In this document: one piece after another, positions 51,122 to 63,100 of the stretch
Layout: every line of letters begins with the position of its first letter
Numbering within the stretch: position 1 is the first letter of the stretch
Assembly (NCBI GenBank): GCA_016933455.1
Contig: JAFGAZ010000012.1
Location: 1,625 to 65,624, forward strand
From: Candidatus Aenigmatarchaeota archaeon
GTDB taxonomy: Archaea; Aenigmatarchaeota; Aenigmatarchaeia; Aenigmatarchaeales; Aenigmatarchaeaceae
Reading direction: 5' to 3'
Length of the DNA: 64,000 nucleotides
Notes under the pieces: generated by a model
What the model was told of the DNA's origin: nothing
Seen by the model: only the letters and a program-made list of their open reading frames with translations
The model's database searches: none
Made by a program: the position numbers and the translations under genes

Positions 51122-54100
51122 TCACTTCTCTTCCATGCTCTTGAGCCTGGTGTTTATAGAATCAATATACGTCTCGGCCATCCTCATCTGTCCGGTCTTG
51201 ACTTTTTCACCGGCCAGCTTGAGCTCAAGCTCCATGTCATAAGTATCTATTCCCTTGCTCTTTAATTTTTCTACTTTTTCTGCCAGCTCCTTTATCTTGT
51301 CAGCATAATCCTCGTACTTTTGCAGCTCCTCGTCTGTTAGCCTGAACGTGTCGTGTAGCAATGGCCTAAAGGTTATGAACCATGGCTTGCCGTCGTTGTA
51401 CGATGGGTTTTGAACCATGCCTGTTCCAATGTCTAGCTTGGGTATGGACTCTGCATAGTCCCAGCCGTACTTTGTCTTTATCCTGTTTACGTCTCCCTCG
51501 TACTTTGTTCTGAGCTGCATTTCAGTTGCAATAACAGCCCTTATGGCTCCCTTGAAATCCAAAAGCACCTGCGAAATCATCACAAGACCGATTCCCCACT
51601 TTCTGAATTCCCTGCAAGCTCTCTCTATTGCCTGGTATCCTCCGCCTTCAAGGGAAGCTCCTGATTTCTTGGAGTACTTTGGAAGTAGCCTGTGCACCTC
51701 GTCAAATACTACCATTAGTTTCATCTTCCTTGACTCTGGCCAGGACACCTTGAACATGTAGTCGACAGTCTTTCTGATAAAGTAATCCAGTTGGTCTGCT
51801 GTTAGCTTGTTTAACACGAAAACGGTCATCTCTCCTGGCTTTACATACTTTTCTATCTCAAGCTTGAGGAAGGGATCTTTTATCGGGACAATCGAACCCT
51901 TGAAAGACCTTGCCTCTTCTTCCTTCATGCCGAATTTCTTGTAGTTGTTAATCATTTCCTTGTCATTGTTGGATCTGATAAAGCCTGTCCACTGGGCTGT
52001 GGGGTCGAAGACTATGACTGGAATGTTCTTCTTTAGGGCCTCTTCAGCCATGACCATGGCAGCCACTGTCTTTCCAGAGCCCGTGCCGCCTGCTATTATG
52101 GTGTGGGTTGTCAATTTCTCTTCTTCAATGTAGGCATTTGTATTGGTCTCGGCTATCTTTCCAAGCAAAAGCCCCTTCTTGGGCAGCTTGTTTAGCTTGA
52201 CAGGCCTTACATACCTGCCCCTGACCCTTTTCTGAGAGTGCCATTTCTCGAATAGTTTCCAACCCAAAAGGAAGCTGGGTATTGCTACGAAAAGAACTAT
52301 GTATGTCATCCAGTTGGTGAACAGGTCTATTAGGAATGTTATTATCCATGGCTGGTCGACTACGCTAAATGAAGTCACAGACGTGGCTATCTTGTCGTCG
52401 TACGATGCCACGGCTTCTAGCACGTAAAGACCCAATGCGGTGTCCTCTGGTATTCTCATTCTCCTCACAAAAGTGGTGGACGTTTCAACTGCTATTGATT
52501 CCTCATCCACTGTTAATATTTCCTGGGTTTCAGTAGATTTTATGGTGTAGTTGTTTATTATATCTACTCTTTTAGTCATTCCCAAATTGTATATTGTCAC
52601 CTGGTATTCTAAAATTCCTCCCGGCCTTACTTCTTTTGTTATGGCGTCAACCTTGAGGTCTAGGAGCTTTTCTCTTTCATATTCCACCCTGAGTATAACG
52701 TCTATTGTCTCGACAACTCCGTCGTATTCAACTTTAATCTTGCCGTTGTAAACGCCCGGAATAGTTGTCGGCATTGTTGTGAACTTTATCTTGGCATTGA
52801 CTGTCTCTCCTGCTTGTATGTCTAATGTGTCGTCCTCGAACATTGTGTATGGCCATATGGCGCCGTCAACGGAGAGCTTGACTTGTTTTGCCACTGACCT
52901 CTTGTTTGTTAGGCCTATGCTTACTAATTGGTATTCGCCCGGATAGAGTCTGACTTCGATTAATCTTGTTGTAAGGGTTATGTCTGTTTGTATTGCATCT
53001 TTTTCTTCGACCGTTGTTGTTGGAGCTGACCCTCCTCCTGGTGATCCTCCTGTCGGTCCTGTTGGTGTTGTTCCGCAGTCTGCGGGGCAGAAGGCGCTAG
53101 TTTCTCCATACAGCGATTCGCAAGCACCGTCCCCGCATATGAACTCTGCCACAGCATATGCTCCTGATATTTCCGACATGCTGGTTGTCAGGGTGTTGTT
53201 GAATATGTCAAGAGTCGAGCTAAGCCTTGTCCAGCACGAGTTGTCCGTTGCCGGAGTCCTGTTTGAGAACAGCCAGTTCTCGCACCTGTATATGCCAAGT
53301 GATGTCTCAGAGGAGTAGCCTGTTCCCGTGTAGTTCATGATTAGTGTTGCGTCAGTGTAGTTGAGTATTGTCTGGAAGTACAATGCCTTTGCAACTCTCG
53401 AGTTGGCCCCTCCGATAAGGAACGTTGACAGCGGGTCTATCAGGGTGGCGTTGTCTATATCGGAGGCTATGCTAACGTTGGAAAGGTTCACTGCGTTGTT
53501 TAGAGTGCCAATGCCCACATCATAGTATCTCATGTGCGCTATGTTGCTGTAGTATCCTGAAGCGTTCGATTCAAAGCTGTCAAGCAGGCTTCCTGTTGTG
53601 TTGAACATGTCAAATGATACGTCCACCGGGTAGCTTTCCGCATCTACTGATGTTCCGTTAAACCATGCCGGAACGTATACCTCGAACCATCCTGACTCGT
53701 TGCCCCAGTTGTTCGACGAATCATTCGCAAACACTGTAAAGTAATAGTCGCCGACCTCTGTTAGATTTGATAAAGTATAATCCCAAGTATCTCCTCCTGC
53801 AGGCGACATTGAGTAGTTTGCTACAGTTCCGTTTATTGCTGGGTATGTTACCTGCGCTATCACAGTACTAACTCCGCCTGCGTCAGTTACATTGGCCTCT
53901 ATTGTAACGTCGCTAAGAGGCAAAATAGAGTTGGCCTCTACTGTTATCTCGGGAGGCGTTAGGTCAGGTCCTCCTGTTGCAACTATTCCAAACCATTCTG
54001 CTATTATTCTTATTAGAGATATTATTCTGTCTGCAAAGGCGTTTACGTTCAAAGCTTCTGTTATGTTGACAAGCAGTGTTCTGTATCTGCTAACAGAGTC

Positions 54101-57100
54101 TGTTACTGACATTACAACGCTAACGATCCTTTCGTAAACGCGGCCTGATATGCTGACATCTGTAAGTACATTTATTTGCTCGGTTATCATCATCAAAATA
54201 GACTGCGTTCTTGCTGCAAATTCGTTTAGATAAATGCTGTCAGCTATGTTTCTTGTGAATGACATTAGCCTGTTTGCTGCATCGCTAATTCCAAGAGCTT
54301 GGATCGTATCTCTTATGTAGACAAAGTTCCTTGTGACACTGTCGCCTATGTTGAATGTCTCTGAAATCCTAATGAATAGTGACTGCAACCTGCTTACTAT
54401 TGCGTTCGTATTGAGTGTTTCAGAGACGCTTCTTGTGATACTAGATAGCCTGCTTGCATAATCTGAAGTTGTTATTTGTTGGATTACGTTTATCAGGGTC
54501 GCAAGTGTCCTGTCCACTGTGCTCTGGAAACCAAAGCTGTCTGTTGCTGACCTTATTGCAGAAATTATCCTGCCTGTAATGCTGCTTATATCAAGACTTT
54601 GATTTATCTGCAGTGTTATTGCCTGGATTCTTGAAGCGATTTCATTTATGCTAATAGATTGCTGCAATGTTCTTGAGAACATCATCAGTCTCTGTGAAGC
54701 GTTGTTTATTATAAGCGAGTCTATAATCTCTCTGATGTACACAAAGCCCCTTGAAACACCCGAGGATATGCCAAAGCTTTCTGACATTACCCTTGTCAGA
54801 GCCTGCAGTCTTGCTGCAAGGTTCTGCGCTGTTATGCTCTGTGATATCTGCCTGATTATTGCTTGCAGCCTTGATGCGTAATCAGACAAACCTATTGGAT
54901 TAGTTACACTTCTTACGGCTATCGATATCCTGCTGGACAGCTCGTTTATGTTGAACGAATCTGCAAGTATCCTGGTCAAAGCCTGTAGTCTTGAGACTCC
55001 TTCATTTATGCCAAAGTAGCCAGTTGCTGTTCTGTAAAAGTCAGATAATCTGCTTGCATTGTTTTGCAGACCAAATGACTCTAATATCTCAAGTAGCATG
55101 GCGGTTGTTCTTTCCACAAGCGATTCTATGCCAAGACTGTCTGAAACAGTCCTCATTATTGCCTGCAATCTGCTTGAAACGTTTTCAATTGATATTGTCT
55201 GGCTTATCTGTATTGTTATGTCCTGCAACCTATCAGATAGAACGTTCAAGTTGAGCTGCTGCGTTATAGTCCTTAGGTAGCTGTAAATCTGGTTGCTTGC
55301 GTCGCTTATGTTTATTGTTTCTATCACGTCCCTAAAGTATGAAAAGCCCCTAAATATGTTCGATTCAAAAGTCAGGGTGTCATATACACCTCTTAGCATT
55401 GTTGTTAGCCTCTGCGAAATCTCGTTCACAGACAATTGCTGTGTTATCGATCTTATCACGCTTGCAAATCTTGTGGAATAGTTCTCAATTCCTATCGAAT
55501 CTGAGACGCTTCTTATTATGGTAAATATCCTATTGGAAACTTCGTTTATGTCAAAGGAATCCGTTATCATTCTTGATATCAATTGCAGCCTTGATGCGCT
55601 GTCGCTTATGCCAAAGTAGCCAGTTGCTGTTCTGTAGAAATCAGCAAGCCTGCTTGCGCTGTCGCTCATGCCAAAGCTTTCTGTTATCTGCAAAAGCATT
55701 GCAGTGAGCCTGTCAACTGCGCTGTCTATGCCAAAGAAGTCCGTTACTGACCTCATTATGATTGCAAATCTTTCAGAGATGTTGTTGACGTTTATTGTCT
55801 GTGCAAAGTACCTTGTTATGTCTTGTATTCTGTCTGCTACGTTGTTTATGCCAAGCTGTTCTGACATCATCCTAAAGTAGTTATACAACTGGCCAGTCGC
55901 ATCGCTTATGCTGAACGTGTCGCTTATGCTTCTGAAGTAGACAAAGCCTCTGAATATTCCAGAGTTAAATGATATCGTGTCGAATATATTTCTGAATATG
56001 GATGCGAATCTTTCAGAGACATTGCTCACATTTATCGAGTCGGATAATATCCTAAGTATGCTTGCCATTCTTTCCGATGCTGTTTGCATTGTTATGCTAT
56101 CTGTTGCCGACCTGAAAGCGCTCATCAGTCTTGATGCCGATTCATTGAATTGGAGAATGTTTCCTAATGTTCTAAGTATCGCTTGGAGTCTTGATGCAAG
56201 GTTGCTTATGTTTAGAGTCTCTGTTGCGTTTCTTGTGATCAATGCCAGTCTTGATGACGCATTCTCTATACTAAAGAAGTCTGATATCTGCCTAAACATC
56301 AAAGCCAGCTCTTGCGAAACATTGCTTACGGAAAGCTGCTGGGTTATTGCCCTGAATATTGAAGAGAGTCTGGAGACGCTTTCGTTTAGTGTTATCTGCA
56401 GAGCCACTTCTACTCTGTTGTATCCCATCTTGTCTGCTATTGTCTGCAAATTGAAAGTTATCGTGTCGAATATAATTCTAAGGTATGCGTACATGTTGTT
56501 TGCAGCATCCGTTATGCCGAGGCTTTCAAGCGCCATCCTAATGTATGTTGGTACAAGGCCCGAGCTTGAGGATGCTGAGAAGTATGATGTCACTGATCTA
56601 ATTCCTGTTGCTATTCTTGTTGCATAGTCGTTTAGTGACAGTGCCTGGCTTATCATCTGCGTTATTGACTGCAGCCTGCCAGCCAGATTGTTTAACGCTA
56701 TATTCTGCGTTGCCTGCCTTAGCATTGTTGCAAGCCTTCCTGATGCATTTTCGATGCTGAAAGTTTCGAATACGTCTCTTAGGTATGCAAAGCCTCTTTC
56801 CGTTGCCTGGCCTAGGCCAAACGAATCCGTTACTGTTCTTATTATTTCCTGCAGCCTGCTGCTTGCGGCATTTATTGCGATGCTGTCTGCTATGCTTCTG
56901 AAGATGCTTGCCAGTCTTTCCGAAGCCTCTGATATACCGAAGCTGTCTGTCACTATCCTGAATATAGAGGTTATCCTTTGTGCGGCGTTGTTTATTCCCA
57001 AGCTTTCTGTCAACAGTCTTTGTATTTCAACTAACCTGTTTGCAGAGTTTTGCAATCCTATGGTTTCTGATAGAAGTCTTAACATTGTTGATAACCGTTG

Positions 57101-60100
57101 GGAAATGTTTTCTATTTGGAAAGATTCTGTCACTGACCTTACGAATGAGAAGCCCCTTGAAACCGCATCCGAAAGTTGCAATGTATCGGTTATGCTTCTA
57201 AATATAGATGATAATCTTTCGGCAACGTTTCCTAGGTTTATATCCTGTCCTATAATCCTAAGCATTGCTGTTAGCCTATCTGCCGAGTCGCTTATGCCAA
57301 AGCTTTGCACAACGCTTCTTAGGGTTGCTGTTAATCTGTCAGCTATACTATCAATTCCAAAACTATCTGTCGCTGTTCTATATGCTGACAAAATCCTGTT
57401 GGATATGTTTTCAATCGAAAGCGTTTCTGTTATTTCTGTTATCAAATATTGCAATCTTCCTGCAAAGTTTTCCAAGCTTAATGTATCAGTAACAATTCTT
57501 GAGAAGGTCACCAGCCTGTTGGCATAATTTTCTATACCAAAGGAATCTGCTGTTATTCTCAGGAATGAAAAGCCCCTTTCTATTGCCGAGTCGAATGAAA
57601 GTATTTCATAAACGTTTCTAATAATTGAGGCTATTCTTTCTGCTATGTTGTTTAATGATAACGAGTCTGTAATTTCTCTAACAAAGCTTCCAAGTCTTGA
57701 CATTGAAAATGTCGTTGTGAAATAGTCAGTTATGGTCCTGAAGATGTCACTTAGCCTTCCAGACGTTTCTGTTAATGTGAAACCTTGCAGCGGATTCCTG
57801 TTGTATTCCCCTAGCCTTCCTGTCTCATCGTCTAAGGAAAATATCTGTGAAGAGTTCAGGAAGTGCTCTCCTATGTAGAGGGGTATCTGCAATGACGAAG
57901 ATGTATAGTTTTCTCCTTCCGAAGCTCTAGCTGTGTAGTAGTAGTAACTATTGTCCAAAGTAGTTGTGTCGTTCCAAAGGTTATAGTCTGAGCAGTTATT
58001 GCCTGCTCTACATAATATTTCTTCTGCAGATAATACGCGTGGATATATTTTCACTTCATCTATTGTTCCATTGAAGAATGAATCACCATTCGTTAGTCTT
58101 CTCATAGAACCTATAGTTATACTTCTATCATAGCTTCCCATAGCATTGGATGATACAAATTCGTTTTCTAAACCATTTATATAAAATTTTATTGAACCTG
58201 TATTGTTATCAACAGATATTGCTACATGTGTCCATTCATTATTAGTAATTGTATAGCTACTGTCATATAGATCTCCATTACCATCCATCCATACTAATTC
58301 ATTATCTAATCCGCCGCCTTGATTATTTAATCCAAAATCCCATGCCTCTGTTCCTGTGTATCCTAGACTTCCTTTGCTTACTATTCCTTGCCAGTCATCG
58401 CCTTCATCTTTCCAATTTATCCAAGCTTCAATTGTAATTTTATCTTCTAATGTTAATGATTCTGAATTAGAAATTTCAATATAATCGCCTAATCCATCAA
58501 ATTCTAAGCAGTTCCCATAAGTACAGCCGGATGACCATATTGGTACTCCATGTGTGGAGTTTTTCAAAGTTCCTGTGTTGTTGTTGCCAGTATCATCAAA
58601 TGTGTAATTGTTCTCACCTTCGTCAAAGTGCCATATTGCTGAGACTGTTCCGTTTCTGTAAAAGTCATAGTAGACATCTGAATCGCCTGTGTTCTCTTCT
58701 GACATAGAGAAGTTATTTTCTATGGAGTTGTCTGACCTGGTCTCGTATAGTTCTTTTATTTCGCCTGTTGATAATGAGCGGTTCCACAATCTCACCTCGT
58801 CCATAGTTCCTGTGAAATTTTCCGAATATGCGATATTTGCCCTGCCCAATTTTATTTCCTTTAAGCTGTTGGAAAAGTCACCTTCTCCCGATATGTCGAA
58901 TGAGTTCTCAAAATCCCCGTCCATGAAAATCGAAACATTGTCTCCGAAATAAAAGACTGAGACAGAATGGTGCCAAATGCCGTCATTATAAGAACCAACG
59001 GTGCTTCCGGACTCGCCAGTGCTAACGCCGTCGCTTAATTCAACTCCTACGTTTCCGCCTACTGATAAATATGTGTGCCATCCCTGGCTCCAGGACTCGG
59101 AACCCTTCGAGATGAACCTTTCTTTTCTTCCAGATGATGTAGTTTTGAACCACCATTCAACTGCAAAGTCAGATGAACCGAGCGTGTTCAGGTTGGAATA
59201 GTTGTATATTTCCACAAAGTCAGCAATGCCATCGTATTCCAATGCTTTGCCTAGTTTACCATTAGTCCATGAAGGGCACGCTTCACCTCCACAAACACCT
59301 GTTTGATTTTTCAAGTATCCTGTATTGTTATTTCCTGATTTATCATATGTGATATTACGAATACCTTCATCAAACTTCCAGTATCCGACAAGTCCTGAAG
59401 TATTTACCTCGGCAGTGTTGTTGCTAAGAGTAATGTTTGGCTTTGCCTTGCTAATTAGCATCCATGAAGTGCTTGTCGAGGACGAATAGTTCTCTGATGT
59501 GGAGTAAACGCAGGTATAGTTCCAAAGGCCTGCGGGCAAGACAATTGTCTCATCGATAGGTGTTGTTCCCGTATCGACCTGGCTACCGTTTCTATAAAGT
59601 GTTAGAGTTGCTGAACTATCGCCTGTTACCAAGCTGCATTCTGCTACATCCGTCAGTCCATAGTCTGTGTTGTTGTTGGTAAGCGAGATTGAAACAGATG
59701 ATGTTGCCTTTCCTATATTGATAAAGTACGACTTGGAAGCCGAAGAATAGTTTGTATTTCCAGATGTGTTGTAGACATACCAGTGTGTCTCGTTCGCAAA
59801 TGTCATGATGTCAGACTGTGGATTGCTTGAGCCCACTGAGGTGTTGTAGTATCTGTAAAGCGTGAATGTGGGGACGTTTCCAAATAATCCTGTAAAGTAA
59901 CCTGTTGCATTAGACGCCTGGCCGTATGTATAGCTCTTGTTGCCTTCTGTTCCGTTTATGGTCAGGTTCATGTAGCTTTCTGTCGAAGAGTTCTGGTTTA
60001 TCGTTACAGTGTCAGTAACTCCTGTTGCATTAGCAGTCCAGTTAGCGCCTCCTGTAGCATTGAACCTGTAAGCATATGATCCGACTCCTAGGTATATCTG

Positions 60101-63100
60101 CTCCTGGTAGGTTTCGGTGTCGTCTACCATGGAAGAGTCCCTCCAAAGCTGGTATGTAACGTCGCTGTCTCCGCTGTTGGATTCGGTTCCTGTTACTGTT
60201 GACTGGTAGGGGTATGTTTGCGTTGTTCCTCCTGATATGGACAAGTCCATTGTCGCCTTGCTGACGCTCAAGGGAAGCAGTATTGAAGACTTTGTATAGT
60301 TCTGGGTCGGTGGCATGAAAGCCTCGTAATAGTATGATCCGGCTCCCAAAATCGTTGCGTCATATTCTGTAGAGTTCTTGGCTCCCCTAAGGACTGCTAT
60401 TTCTTCGTCTGTTAATGTCCTGTTATAGACTCGGAATTCGTCAACCATACCGTCGAAATATTCGTTTGAGAAGCATGCCCAGTATGTGTTTCCAACATAC
60501 CAGTAATTGGTATTCGAATCTGCAACAGTACCAAAATCTGACCTGCTGTTGCTTCCAACAAGACCGTTTTCGTCGTATAACTGTATATCGAACACTCCGT
60601 CGTAAGCATCTGTCGAGCTTTCTTGTTTTATTCTAAACACTGCAAAGTACCACTTGTTTTCCCATGTTATGCTGCTTATGCTCTGACCCTTGCCTCCCGA
60701 CTGGTCATAACATGTTCCATATACGCTGTCTACTCCTATAGAATAGCCCCATCTCTTGTAGAAAAGCCAGCTCTGTGAATTCAATTCAGATACATCTGGT
60801 TTGAACCATGCCGTCATGGTGAGATTGTTACCGTTCACAAGAGGCTCTAGACTGTCGCTTCTTACATACTCCTTTTTATCCAATTCCAAGGCCTTTCCGA
60901 ACTTTCCTTGGGTCGCGTTGGGGTCGTTGTCTAGTTGAAGCATGTCTATGTTTGTAGTGAATGGTGTCGTGTCAGCTGCTTCCAATGACCATATTATCTT
61001 ATCTACTTTTTCTGTGTGGAGATCGTCTAGTCTTATCCAATCAAGATTTATGTGCTGGTAGTATCTTGAGAGGTCCGAACGGTTAAAGTCCCATTGTATG
61101 TAATCGATTGTGGAAAGGTCCAAAGCGCCTGGAGCTTCGTCTGTTGGGCTTGAGAGGTCTAATGCATAAGCCTTCCAGTTGGCATACTGGCAGCCCAAGT
61201 CCCAATAGGCCCAATCACCTGAAGTGTCGTATGCATAAAGTCTAAGGTAATCTGTTTCTTCGCAAGGAACACAGTGTGACATCATGAAATGTAGGTAAGA
61301 ATTTGAAGACCAGTCCCAGTTTCCTGTTGGGTTATATCTGAAATAATAATCCGTGTTAGTGCTCAAATCGTCCCCATAAACATAGAACCTTACGTAATAG
61401 TCCCCTTCCCTGTTGGAATCCACTATTGATATTGAAGACGACCCTCCAGTATTGTTTTTTGACCAATCTGTTATTGACTCGCAGTTTGTTATTGTTGTAT
61501 TGCTGCCTCCGTTTGAATTGTCCTTTCCTCCATATCCGTTCATGTAAGCCATATAGAGCCATTTATTCTCCCAATTATCCGAGGAAAAGTCAATGTCCCA
61601 GTAGCGGTAGTTGTCGTCAGAGTCGTATACGTATACTCTTGCTTGATTAAAGTCTGTGCTAGATCTATTATTTCTGATCCAGAATGTCTGCTCAAAGTTG
61701 TTATTCCAATTCCACGTTCCTGAGGGATCGTAAGATATATTGTATGTGTTGCTTGCCGAAGGTGATGAAACCGTGTCTTTCAAAGAGTATGTTCCGTCCT
61801 TCTTTTCAGTATAATCCAGTGAAAGGCTTGTTCCTGTAAAGTCTGATGTTGATTCCATCGAGCTCGTGGTTGTCGGTGTTGGATAAAGCCTTGCATCGGA
61901 GTTTGATTCGCTTGCGTCATGAACAATTGAGCCTTCTATTTCGTCAAAAGACCAGTAGAGTATGTAATCATCCAGAGTGTTCGTTGTGTTATTTACTCTG
62001 AACATGTAGGCTCCGTTGATATCATTTGCATTGTTTTCGGACACGCTAAAGTTCGTCTGCGTTCCGTATGTTACCGATGATTGGTATATTTCCTTTATTT
62101 CATCTGATGAAAGTGTTCTGTTCCATACCCTAACCTCATCTATGGTGCCATTCATTATTCTTACTGCATCGTTTCCCTTTCCTATTATAACGCTATTCGA
62201 ATCGTTTCTCAAAACTCCTGTAACGGTAAATAAGAAGCTATTTACCAATGTTCCATTTACATATATTTTTCCGGTCCCGTTAGGTAGATAAGTTCCAACG
62301 ACATGATACCAAGCATTTGTCTGTATGTCTATATCCCCGCTGTTGTCGCAGTCCCAATCCGTGTCATTTGCTACACAGAATTCTATACCGTCAACTCCCG
62401 TATGGAAAACTATTTCATACGCATTTCCGTATTGGACTTTTCCTATTATCGGATAAACTTCTCCTCCACTAAACTCATTTAACTTGGCCCAACCTTCTAC
62501 GGTTAATTCGTTCATACTGCCTAGAGAATTTGAATCCTGGATTTCTACATAATCCCCTTCACCGTCAAACTCCAAACCTTGACCGAATCTTCCCTCTGTC
62601 CATGTCGGCACACCGTGCGTCGAGTTCTGCAAAGTTCCGTCATTATCCCAACCACTTGCGTCATATGTCGTGTTACCGATACCCTCGTCTAACTTCCAGT
62701 AGCCTACAAGACCGGAAGTGTTGACTTCTGCTGTATTGTTGCTCAACGTGATGTTCGGCTTTGCCTTGCTAATTAGCATCCAGGATGTGCTTGTAGAGGA
62801 CGAGTAGTTCTCTGATGTTGAATAAGCGCAAGTATAGTTCCAAAGTCCTGCAGGGAGTACTGTTGTTTCGTCTATTGGTGATGTTCCTGTGTTAGTTATC
62901 GTCTGATTTCTATACAATGTCAATGTGGCTGAGCTATCTCCTGTTACAAGCGAACATTCTGCTATGTTTGTCAAGCCGTAATCGGTATTGTTATTGGTTA
63001 ATGCTATTGAGACTGACGAAGAACCCTTGTTGACCAAAGCATAATACGTCAGACCTGTAGAGTTGTCTGAATAATTCTCGTTTCCTGTTGCATTTACCTT

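Noticed and set aside
55977-57527. Two long plus-strand ORFs (216 and 279 aa) plus several shorter ones antisense to the giant gene's repeat array.
   Set aside because: Their translations are low-complexity (Ser/Leu/Cys/Ile-rich) with no motifs. They exist because the 60-nt periodic sense sequence avoids antisense stop codons. The sense strand is one continuous frame of more than 4,200 codons with recognisable domains.
53975-57830. The 60-nt periodicity could superficially suggest a CRISPR-like or satellite array.
   Set aside because: There is no alternation of invariant repeats with unique spacers. The periodicity is in-frame, degenerate at the DNA level but conserved at the protein level, and embedded in a continuous ORF.
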